Origin: Podarcis pityusensis
Lineage: Eukaryota
Assembly (NCBI GenBank): GCA_964106645.2
Contig: OZ067041.1
DNA length: 64,000 nucleotides
Reading direction: 5' to 3' (one strand)
Shown here: positions 40,014 to 49,780 of the stretch, piece after piece
Position numbering within the stretch: the first letter of the stretch is position 1
Layout of the letters: every line of letters begins with the position of its first letter
The notes under the pieces: model-generated
Told to the model about the DNA's origin: nothing
The model's database searches: none
Seen by the model: the letters and a program-made list of their open reading frames with translations, nothing else
Made by a program: the position numbers and the translations under genes

Positions 40014-40364
40014 ATGGCCTGGGATTCCGATTCGGAGGATGAAACAGAGGAATCCCAGCCTGCACAGGAGTCCCCGCCTCCAGGGCCGGCTGAACTGGGG
40101 CAAGGCCTAGATGCTGAAGAGCCTGCACCTGTGGCAGTGCATCAGGAGCTGGCCCCAGGTGAAGCCCTTCTGGCCCCAGAGGGGCTTGATGACTCAGTGG
40201 CCACAGGTGAGCCTCCTCCAGGGCCCAGTAACCCTTCGGCCTCTCCTGATCTGCAGAGGCTTAGGGCAGAGAGGCGAAGGGAACTGGTTGCCCCCAGGAG
40301 GAGTGCTCGCCTTAAGGCCAGAGGAGGCGGGGCTCCTGGGGACCGGGACCGCCCCTGGCCTTAG
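40014..40364 (+). CDS. LTR-internal ORF, 116 aa, acidic N-terminus and basic RRSARL C-terminal region; function unknown
   Basis: ATG at LTR position 5; TAG at 40362-64 just before the TATA-like box; uninterrupted. Translation not demonstrated. Confidence 0.4.
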   Translation: MAWDSDSEDETEESQPAQESPPPGPAELGQGLDAEEPAPVAVHQELAPGEALLAPEGLDDSVATGEPPPGPSNPSASPDLQRLRAERRRELVAPRRSARLKARGGGAPGDRDRPWP

Positions 40365-40440
40365 AAGAGGATAAAAGCCCAGTCAGCCCGGCCCCAGGTT
40401 GCGGGAGCAACGTCGTTGTTGGCTTCGGACCTTCCTGTGT

Positions 40441-40700
40441 TCCTGATCCCTGCTCGGCCTCCTGTTCCTGACTATCCGGTACTCCTGTTCCCTGCTCGGC
40501 TTCCTGTTCCTGACTATCCGGTACTCCTGATCCCTGCTCGGCCTCCTGTTCCTGACTATCCGGTACTCCTGTTCCCTGCTCGGCTTCCTGTTCCTGACTA
40601 TCCGGTACTCCTGTTCCCTGCTCGGCCTCCTGTTCCCGACCATCCGGTGTTCCTGTTCCCTGCACAGCCTCCTGTTCCAGCGTTCCTGTTCCCCGCCCGG
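40441..40700. repeat. 42-bp tandem array (five full units plus degenerate ones) inside the solo LTR
   Basis: Unit TCCTG(A/T)TCCCTGCTCGGC(C/T)TCCTGTTCCTGACTATCCGGTAC starting at 40441, 40483, 40525, 40567 and 40609. Confidence 0.95.
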
Positions 40701-41009
40701 CTCTCTGCCTCGGACCTTGCCCCTCTTCGTGTGGACTCTGCTACACCCAAGGTACCTTACCCCCGGGACCAGCACAGACGCGCGTCTTGGCGCAAAGGGG
40801 CCCACGGCACCCAGACGCGGAAGGGACCCTCTCCCCCTGACCCGCCACTGAACTGCAATTCCCAGCTCCCTTGGCAAATCCCAGTGCCCAATCCCCATGC
40901 TTTATTTGAGGCAGGGGTCCTTTAATTGCAAAAACAACACCACGGAGGGCAGTAGTCACTACGAAATTTGCCCCAGAGTAGAGCCGTCAGTATTAATGAC
41001 CATGGTTAG

Positions 41010-41075
41010 GGGTTAGGGGGCGCAAATTACTTGCCTTGCCCCGGGTTAGGGGGCGCAAATTACTTGCCTTGCCCC
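41010..41075. repeat. 33-bp tandem duplication in the hAT right subterminal region
   Basis: GGGTTAGGGGGCGCAAATTACTTGCCTTGCCCC twice, exact. Confidence 0.9.
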
Positions 41076-41681
41076 GGGTGCTGACTACCCACGCTACGCC
41101 GCTGGTTCTATTACAGTCAGTGAGTTTATGCACAGGAAAATGGATTATACTTTGGCTCCTTTGTCACTCCAGCTATAATATAATATATATGTGCATTCCT
41201 TTCTGTCTTATTTCACTATTAGTCATCTTGCTTTACTGATTTACTAAGCTTGTGGCCCCATGCAGACGATGGTGTGGTGAAGAAGAGTACTCAGAGAGTA
41301 GCCACAATTGCCCTCAGTTCAGTTGGATTAGTTGGCTTAACTGCTTTTCTTTTGTCTTGTGCAAACCATAAGGACAAGAAGATCCCCAAAACAAGTCAGA
41401 TTCAGAAGGTAACTTAGAACCTATTTGGAAGACATCAACAGTAATTCCTGGTTCATGTGTAACAGGAAGTACAGTTACTTCCTGGTTTGATTTCTTGGTT
41501 TGCACCAGAAGCGGAGCAGAAGCAAAGGGGTGCTGTGCAAGTGTATGGAATACATGCATATAACTGGTCTATTAAGCTAATGTTTAATTATCTGTGCACA
41601 GCTAGTATCTTCATTATTGCACAACCAGGAAATTATCCATAGCGTGCTGTTTCCACTTGCAGGATAATTAATAGCTCTTAC

Positions 41682-41849
41682 CCAAAACTGGACATGGGAG
41701 TGGCTGAAAAGCTTCACAGTGCACACATTTTCCATTCCTATAATTTACGTACGAGTCACAAGGGTATCCAGTTACATTACAATTCTGTTTCAAGGATGCC
41801 ATGTACAAGAAAACAGATCTCTGATGATCACATTTTAAATACTGAGTGC
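41682..41849 (-). CDS. LIPI: LIPI coding exon 6 ([57 protein letters not shown]), catalytic His
   Basis: Acceptor tttaag|GC, donor G|GTAAGA; 168 nt; CDH motif and conserved cysteines. Confidence 0.95.
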
Positions 41850-41979
41850 CTTAAAGTAGAGAAAGTGTTACAAAAGAAACAATGAAGCAATACAATGTTA
41901 GTTTTATAAAAGCAATACTAATATTATTAAGCAACAACATTTTAAGTCCAATCAATATTTTCCTTTTACAGATTATCAG

Positions 41980-42158
41980 CCATGATTTTTTTTCTGGGGG
42001 GACACAGGGGTACACATACCCCTAAACATTTTGTGAATCTTTGTACTTTTGTCCATTTACTGTATTTATTTTTCCCGATTTGAAGTATAAAATGGTGATT
42101 CTCTTGAGTCAAAATGAGAGTACCCCTAAACATTTTGTTGGGGGGGGGGGAAGCACTG
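41980..42158. mobile_element. hAT-like MITE (related copy at ~5311-5446)
   Basis: Ends in GCACTG; 8-bp TSD ATTATCAG at 41972 and 42159; shared TACCCCTAAACATTTT motifs. Confidence 0.65.
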
Positions 42159-42469
42159 ATTATCAGTGTAAGACTAGGTTGTCATCTAAGCATATATAAA
42201 AGCTTGCCAAATTAATGTGAATCTTACCAAAAAAAAGGCTGCTTGTGAAATAGCGGTGGCATGTGTACTAAACAGTATTATGTTTTAAAGTGACAAATCT
42301 GACTTTTGCATCATTTTATGTTTTCCTACAATCAGTTCTTGCACAGATTCCCATCATGGGACACAATAGCCAACTCAAAAGAAGCTCTGTGTTTTATATA
42401 GCAAGTCTCACCCCTAGTCTATATTCTGATCCATAGGGATAACCACCACTGAGAATATGTGACCACAGC

Positions 42470-42542
42470 CATCCCTGGGTGGGCTCAAACCACCAACTTT
42501 CTGGTTAACTGCCAGACACATTGGCCCATTGCACCACAGAAA
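42470..42542 (-). pseudogene. Degenerate tRNA-Asn-derived sequence (SINE head or tRNA pseudogene)
   Basis: Minus strand TCTGTGGTGCAATGGGCCAATGTGTCTGGCAGTTAACCAGAAAGTTGGTGGTTTGAGCCCACCCAGGGATG aligns with tRNA-Asn(GTT) with CpG-decay changes. Confidence 0.7.
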
Positions 42543-42949
42543 TCACACACTGTAACTCAGCTTCAAAACCCAACCAATTTCATTTTCTAGTATTGCACAG
42601 TACATAATTAAAGTACAATACATAGAAAAGACTGTAAAGTTTCTTTTCCCACCATAGGAGAAAACCTTAATTAGAAGCAGCAGTCCCACCTCAAGGTGAA
42701 ACCTATATATTAAAATTGGTGCAGTCTTTTCGCTTCAAAAAAGAGAATGACACCATAAAGGGTGGATGTAAAGAATATCAGTCAGGAGGACCATTCCAAC
42801 ATCCTGCCAGGAAATATTTATTTAAATAAATATTATTTTATTTAATGATGCTAATATATTTGCCAGTTGGTTTGTGAAAACCCAGTTGACTCCAGAGCAT
42901 AACCCTTCCTGATGTTTTTATCTATTAGACTTAATTTATCTGTATTTAC

Positions 42950-43039
42950 CACTGAATATTGTTTTTGGGCATCCAGGTTGATCTGTTCCTCCATTTGGGT
43001 AGAAATCGATGTTTCCCAAAGGCTCCCTGTAGCCCAAAG
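42950..43039 (-). CDS. LIPI: LIPI coding exon 5 ([31 protein letters not shown])
   Basis: Acceptor ttcttag|CT, donor G|GTAAAT; DFYPNGG..QPGC motif; 90 nt. Confidence 0.95.
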
Positions 43040-44079
43040 CTAAGAAAAATAAAACGCATAGTGAAGAAAAATACAGATGTCATTTCACAATAAATGATAA
43101 CACTTTTCTCATGCATTTGTCAGAATGTTCAAAACGACAAATAAAAACTATTATTCATATTTACAAAGATAACAACCAATGAGATTATATCATGGAAATG
43201 TAACAAATGGATGCACAGAAGTTGACGGTGAGGAGGGATGTTCCTGCAGGCTCAGAAAAACTGGAACCAAGACACTCCCCAGGCTCCAGTGATACATAAC
43301 TAAGTGACAAGTGTGTGACAACTATGTGATCAATGCTTTGGGTAGAACATCCTACAGGTATCTTGCATGGGGCGAGTAGGTGGGTTATAAATTGGCCAAG
43401 GCTGGTCATGTTTTCCCTGGAATAGCAGATGGCCCTTTCCTCAGGCAAACATAATGACCTGCCAGATGCCATTATTGGGCCAGCCCTGATAAATTCTAAG
43501 ATTGTTCAGGGAACCAAACATAAAGCACGGAAGGCTCTCCTCATGGAGCCAAACTTGGCAGTGAGTCTGATTCCTTTTCAGCACCAGGTGAAGCCCTTTT
43601 TATTTCCCAGGCTTTTAAAATGCTGTGTTTCATACAATTTTTTAGACTGTAATCCTATGCAGAGACACGCTTGGAACTATCAGCCATTCTTGAGAGTTTT
43701 TATCTGAACAATCTAGTAAGATAAACATTACATTTTTCCCCTTTATTTAAGAAGAGGCGCGACTTCCTGTGAGTTCAAAGCAGTTGGTTTTTTTCACCAA
43801 AACCCACTGGGGATACTTACAGAGATTGGTTAATTGCACTGGCCAGGAACAAATGAACAGTGCAAGTAATTCTGCCTGAATGAATTGAGTTTGAACTAGT
43901 ATGTATTCAAGACCAGCCAGTAGTATTGCTTCAAAAGAATAAAAAACTGCTTTTGTTTTTTGGTTATGTATAAGCCTTTCAGAACACTTGAAATAGTTAT
44001 TTTTCTCCAGCAAACCAGATTAGGGGTGCAGGGAATCATTCTCCATTAGGATAATGGAAATCCAAAATGGTATAATTAC

Positions 44080-44181
44080 CATCAATATCAGTATGAATAA
44101 CATCAACAAATTGAGCATCAGTGTGATCCAATCTTTCACTGGGCAGCTTTCCTGTAAATGATGGCCCTGCTGGGTCAAGAC
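44080..44181 (-). CDS. LIPI: LIPI coding exon 4 ([34 protein letters not shown]), catalytic Asp
   Basis: Acceptor accag|GT, donor G|GTAATT; 102 nt, phase 1-1. Confidence 0.95.
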
Positions 44182-45228
44182 CTGGTATGAAAAATGAAAA
44201 AATTAGCTTATTATAATAGGAATTGTACACACACACATGTACGTATATACGAATCTGTAAATAGTATTTGAGTGGAAGCAGACCACAGGAGGATAAAACA
44301 CGCAAGTATATAGTCAACAAGCTTCCTCCCAACTGTTAAGCTTCATCAGCACAAAAGTAATATAAAACACACCCACTATTTAAACAAATGAGCTTTCTCT
44401 CCAATTTGCCCGTTCTCCTTCCAAAGGAAAGAAGGATGCAGGTCAGGATTATCAGAGAATGTAAATCCACTGATTGCAGCAATCACTTTCACTGAAGAGT
44501 CATAACAGTTGAATTCAAGGTAACTAAAAAATACTTAACGCTTTGTAAATTCTGACCCAAGTATTTGGGATTAAAGTGGTAAACTCTTGTTTCATATCCC
44601 TGAACATCTTTGCATTCATGATGTGTTTGCTGAAGGTCAGTGTTGACTGAGATTTCTTTAAACAACAGCAGACCTCCACTGGTTCTACTTTAAAAATGGT
44701 GGAAGGGCATCACCAGAAGCTGCCTTTTCATTGTTTAAGTCAGAAGTTGCCAACTTGGTACATTAATAATAATAATAATAATAATAATCTGACTGTTTAG
44801 TTGCTTGTTAGCCAAAGATCTCCAAGCAGCTTTCACAAAACATTTATAAACACAAACATACATTATACTTTTATAAAATAATGCAGAACACCACAAGAGC
44901 CAGATGTTGTAGATTACATGTCCACAACATCCCTGACCATTGGTCATGCTGGCTGGACCTGGTGGGAATTGCACTGCAAAACATATGAAGGGCACCATGT
45001 TGGCTGCCCCTGGTTTAAACTGTATCTTTTAGAAGGTGGTCAAATTTCAACTATGTGCATGACTATGGCCAACTCACTTAAACCCACCTCAGGCATTGTA
45101 CCTTATGTTGGGTGACTAAGCCAGCTTGACTTTGTTTGCTTTCTATGACAAATTGAATCATTCAGCATAGGGAAACAAGAATGAGAATAGAGAATAAAAC
45201 ACCAGAATGTCCAGTTTTTAACACTTAC

Positions 45229-45337
45229 CTGTAATTCTGCGAATTTTGCCATTGTATGCCTTCCCAACAAATCCAGCTATATGAGCCCCAAGGCTTACTC
45301 CAATCATATAAACAGAGTCAAGAGATGCTCCATTTGC
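45229..45337 (-). CDS. LIPI: LIPI coding exon 3 ([37 protein letters not shown]), catalytic Ser
   Basis: Acceptor gacag|GCA, donor G|GTAAGT, GxSxG nucleophile elbow; 109 nt. Confidence 0.95.
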
Positions 45338-46576
45338 CTGTCAGTAAATATGTATGGATAGAAGGTTATAGGAATGTGAACCACAGAGGGCAAAGCAGCT
45401 TTTATTCTTCCTTCTTAAATAGCCATGTTCCAGCTTTGGAAGTCCAAAAGCTTTTCAAGAGAAGATGAGACATGAAACAATTTCTTTAGCAACTTCAAAA
45501 GGAAGTTCTTTGTAGCAAAAAATTAATGTCTTTGTTGCCTCTTTAACGATACAAAAAATGCCATATATTTATTACTAGACAATATATATCCACATTAACT
45601 ATATTTCTGGTTATTTCTACGTAGCATGAGCAACCATTTTCTTCAGTGCAGTAAAGCAAGGGAAACAAGGAGACTATGACTACATTCACACCATATATTT
45701 AAAGCACTTTGATACCACTTTAAACAGCCATGGCTTCCACCAATTCATTATGGGAACTGTAGCTTGTTAAGGAGGCTGAGAGTTGTTAGGAAACAGAGAT
45801 ACAATTTTCAGAGTGATTTAACAATCAATCCCTTTTCCTGGGGAACTAGCTCTGTACTGTTTACAATTTCCCTTAACAAGCAGTGGATTTCTGGGATTTT
45901 GGGCAGAAGTCTTTCCTTGCCCTAGCTGGACATGCTAAAGATTGAACCTGAGGCCCTTTGTATGTCAAGCTCTTCCAATGAGCTACAGCCTGTCCAGGTT
46001 TGTTTACTTCTTGCCATTGTAGACCCATAAAAATGTGGGAGAGTACAAGACAGTTCAGTATTGCACATGGCAGCAAGTTCAGCAGCATGCTTCTGGAGGA
46101 GTTTGGAGCCACTGCATCGTCAAACATGAAAGCAGCCGCTGCTAGTTTGCTGTGGCTGATGTGCCTCAGCTCTAAGGGCTACTTCACACATTTTCATTTT
46201 TCCTAGAGGGCAAGAAATTTCATGTTATAAAAAAGTGTGAGAGCTATGCAGATCATGCACAGACATATTTTTTTTATATCTGTTTACAAATCCTGGGCAA
46301 GTATGATTGGCCATGGGTCTGTGGCACATTTACAACCGTGCAATTATTGCAGTGTTAGTCTGCATGTGAGTTCACACCTTTTTCTGCACAAAAATATTTT
46401 CCATATACACAAAAGCATAATGTGAACGGCAAAGCAAACAGTGAAAGTTCATACATCTCATTACACCCTTATACTAGGTACATTTACCAAGAACTAACCA
46501 AGGTCCTGTCACCCTTATAAGACAGTACACTGGATTAGATAGAGGTAAGAAGGCTGTTGTGCCCTGGCTTCCTTAC

Positions 46577-46953
46577 CAGCATTTGGTCAATAAGATTGTT
46601 CAAAATTCCTACTACTGTCTTGGCATTTTTAACAGCACTAGGATAATACACAGTCGTGGCACCCCGATTCCAATCTACCGTTATGACATTGCTGTCTTCC
46701 TTTTTAAGCAGAAGCTCTTTAATTTCATCAATCCATACTGGTGGGGAACCTGTAAGTCTGTAACCATGAATAATAATAATAGTTTGCTTGGTCAGATTTA
46801 GATGTGTAGAAGCCGTTAGATTGTTTTCACTGAGAATCTCTGCACAGTTTTGGTTTCTCCTTGTGTGCAAAAGCAGTTGCACTTTTACATCTGTACCAAT
46901 CACGGCATTGCCTATGTTAAGATCAGTAAATTTAGGGCATTCTTGTTCTGTAT
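46577..46953 (-). CDS. LIPI: LIPI coding exon 2 (DTEQECPKFTDL...IIHGYRLTGSPPVW...VDWNRGATT...IDQML)
   Basis: Acceptor ctttcag|AT, donor CTG|GTAAGG; lipase HG oxyanion and VDW motifs. Confidence 0.93.
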
Positions 46954-47112
46954 CTGAAAGATAAAATAAGTGAGAAATAAAACACTTGATCAGTTAACAC
47001 AATTCTTTTTAAAAACACAATTTACCTCAGCGACCTACAAAGTCTACAAGGAAGTTTACTTCATTACTCTCCTGTTTTAGCTTCCCAACAAACCTGTAAA
47101 GGAGCTTGGCCT

Positions 47113-47262
47113 CATAAAATTGTAGAATTGGAAGAGGCCTTGAGGGTCATTTAGTCCAACCCCCCTGCAATACAGGCATCTCAGCACGTGGTCTCCCATC
47201 CAATTTGAAACCATACTGGACCCTGCTTAGCTTTGCAAATGTGCTAGTGGTTTATTGCTGCA
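47113..47262 (-). mobile_element. 5S rRNA-headed SINE with CR1-type tail
   Basis: Minus strand AAGCTAAGCAGGGTC..TGGTT...TTGGATGGGAGACC (5S internal control region, 47233-47190), then CCTGTATTGCAGGGGGGTTGGACTAAATGACCCT..TTCCAATTCTACAATTTTATG. Confidence 0.7.
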
Positions 47263-48861
47263 TCAGAATCTGGAATTTACCCCAGGTCACCCAGCAAACA
47301 TCATAGCTCACATGAGAAAAGATTTGAACCTGGGCTGGCTGGTCCAAGTCTGCTCTGTTTAATACAACACAGCATCTGATTAAACAGGCCATATTTTGCA
47401 AATGTTTCAATGAGTTTTACCATTATGACAAGCTTACATCTTCTTCATCTTTTGTACCTAAAAATGCATTCAAATTACTGTCATTCAAACAAGCTCTATC
47501 ACAAAGAATGAAAGTTTCACCGTCCCTAACCTGTGTTAGTCCTTTTAATATAATGTGTGCATTTTTACGGTTAGAATGGTTGCTTTTAATACCTTTCTGT
47601 CATAAAATGTTCCTGTTGTGTCAAAGATAATGCCTGCAGGCTGAAAATACCTACAATGTAACCACTACAATACAGAAATGCATTGGACACATACAACTTG
47701 AATATGTTAAATGTAACACAGCAAACATAAACTGTTCCACAGTGTCAGTCAACATCAATGCAAAACCTCACATTGATCTTCTGTCATTTTGTGTGTCTGA
47801 GACACCCATATCTTTGTACAGATATAATTTATGATCTGTCTGAATGTGAGAAGTAAATAACTTTTTTTAAATGACATGCTTAGGCTCCTGTTCTAGGTTT
47901 GTTTGTTTCCAGCCTTTTTCCCAGACTCAAGGCAGATAAAAAACACAGTTAGAAAAAGCTAAAAATATATTAAGATAATCATTAAAAAGCAATTAAATGC
48001 TAATCAAAATAAAACAATATTTTAAAATGTATTAAAAATTCAAAAGCAACAATGATAAAAACATCACAGCACTAATTCTTTCCTTCAAAACAGTCAGTTC
48101 CTAAGGGCCTGTTTGAATAAAAAGGTCTTCACCTGCCAGTGGAAGGACAACAAGGAGGCAGCCAGTCTAACTTCTCTGGAAAGGGAGTTCCAAATCAGGG
48201 AGCAACCACTGAGAAGGCCCTCTCCAGTCCCCATCAAGCATGCCTGTGAGAGTGGCAGGACCGAGAGAAGGGCTTCCCCTGAAGATCTCAGGGCCTGGGC
48301 AGGTTCATATGAGAGAATAGTTTGTTGAGAGTAAGTCCCATGGAACTTATTTTTGAATAAGCATGCTCTGAAGAATCAAGGTCTGAGATGTTTATATTGT
48401 ATGAATCTGCTTTATACTGAGTGAGACCACTGGTCCATCCAACCAGTGGTGTCTTTTCTGACCGCAGCTTTCTAGCCTTTTAACTGTAGGTGCCAGGGAT
48501 TGATTCTGGAAACATTTGCATGCAACACACATACTCTATCACTGAGCCAGTCCTCTATACTATACACTATATTCAGCGGTAGAGCTACACTATTACATCT
48601 CAGCAGCAAGGGATTATTATTTTTTCCTGCTCTCTTTCGCCACACAAGGTCAATCTAGCTGCATTTTTTTGTCCAGAGGTCAAAGGCACCTTTATTTGTT
48701 TTACAACGAAGGAATAACCTTTGTACTGTTTGAGAAGGAGTCAAGTTAATCTGACAGGCACTGAGAATCATGACTCACACAATACCGTCTGAAAGTCTGA
48801 AATGTATGCTTCGTTTCCTTATAGCAAAAATACATGAGGAACTTGTAATTGGTTATCTTAC

Positions 48862-48949
48862 CTGCTCTCACACACCAAGCCACAAAACAGGTGAAGACAC
48901 ATAATCCCAACACTGGTGATCTTTGAAAAGCAGCGTGTAACCACCACAT
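48862..48949 (-). CDS. LIPI: LIPI coding exon 1 (signal peptide MWWLHAAFQRSPVLGLCVFTCFVAWCVRA)
   Basis: ATG at 48949, hydrophobic stretch ending VRA, donor G|GTAAGA; phase 1 matches exon 2 (G+AT = Asp). Confidence 0.8.
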
Positions 48950-49368
48950 TTCAGGATGGTGTTGCTTTCTCCTTTTAACATGCTGCCGTTTGCTTCAGTA
49001 TTCAATTAAGAGTCACTGATAAAATGGGTGTGGTGTGTAGAAGGAAGTACCTGGCAGAGTGAAACCCAGCCTTTATGCTTTTGCAATCTGGTGACTCCTC
49101 CTTTCCAACTAATTTATGTAGGCAGTTTCTGTTTCTTTTAAACTCTCTTGGACTTCTTGGAACCTTGTTTTACAGGACTCTGTATCTTGATAGCAGATAC
49201 TTGATGTAGAATGCAAGAGGCAACATTGCAGGTTCGGTGGGATGTGGAAGGGATTACTTCCAGGTTACTTGCTTAAAGAGTGTTCAGCCTAACCTGTTTG
49301 CAGAAAGATTAGACAACACTGGCGATTTAATGTGTATTTACCCTGATTTGTTTGTGGGGAGATTAGAC

Positions 49369-49780
49369 TAATAATAATAATAATAATAATAATAATGTAT
49401 TTATACCCCGCCCATCTGGCTGGGCTTCCCAAGCCACTCTGGGCAGCTTTCAACAAAATATTAAAATACCGTAATGCATCAAACATTAAAAGCTTCCCTA
49501 AGCAGGGCTGCCTTCAGATTTCTTCTAAAAGTCTGGTAGTTATTTTTCTCTTTGACATCTGGTGGGAGGGCGTTCCACAGGGCGGGCGCCACTACCGAGA
49601 AGGCCCTCTGCCTGGTTCCCTGTAACTCAGCTTCGCAGTGAGGGAACCGCCAGAAGGCCCTCGGCACTGAACCTCAGTGTCCAGGTAGAACGATGGGGAT
49701 GGAAATACTCCTTCAGGTATACTGGACCAAGGCTGTTTAGGGCTTTAAAGGTCAGCACCAACACTTTGAATTGTGCTCGG
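49369..49780 (-). mobile_element. L2/CR1-clade LINE 3' end with (ATT)n tail
   Basis: Minus-strand peptide RAFSVVAPALWNALP..FRRNLKAALLREAF; same 3' UTR at ~57024-57169 on the plus strand. Confidence 0.8.

Larger units (their letters stand above)
40010..40776 (+). mobile_element. Solo LTR (probably Gypsy-type) nested in the hAT element
   Basis: Termini TGTGATGG...CCAGCACA (7/8 inverted); 5-bp TSD GACGC at 40005-09 and 40777-81; AP-1 site TGACTCA at 40190, GC boxes, TATA-like GATAAAA at 40370. Confidence 0.85.
39507..41104. mobile_element. Young non-autonomous hAT DNA transposon in LIPI intron 6, containing a nested solo LTR
   Basis: TIRs CAGTGGCGTAGCGTGGG / CCCACGCTACGCCGCTG (16/17); perfect 8-bp TSD GTTCTATT at 39499-39506 and 41105-41112; no transposase ORF. 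Confidence 0.9.
33155..48949 (-). other. LIPI: Gene span (start to stop codon) of lipase member I / membrane-associated phosphatidic acid-selective phospholipase A1; 10 coding exons, 463 aa
   Basis: Ten exons of 88+377+109+102+90+168+96+112+174+76 nt = 1392 nt join in frame across GT-AG introns. Catalytic triad present (GVSLG Ser, GLDPAGP Asp, KCDH His). Head-to-head with RBM11 and next to ABCC13, as at the amniote LIPI locus. Confidence 0.88.

Noticed and set aside
39519-40364. 281-aa ORF, the longest in the track, as a host gene or transposase
   Set aside because: It starts at GTG inside the hAT TIR, crosses the hAT/LTR junction and has no DDE or BED motifs; a chimeric GC-rich read-through. 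Only the LTR-internal ATG portion is kept as a hypothesis.
40441-40650. CRISPR-like array
   Set aside because: Head-to-tail repeats with no unique spacers, in vertebrate DNA with no cas genes.
41004-41053. TTAGGG telomeric or interstitial telomeric repeat
   Set aside because: Only three dispersed hexamers, explained by the 33-bp subterminal duplication.
42470-42542. Functional tRNA-Asn gene
   Set aside because: D-arm and T-loop (TTTGA instead of TTCGA) are degenerate and there is no adjacent oligo-T terminator.
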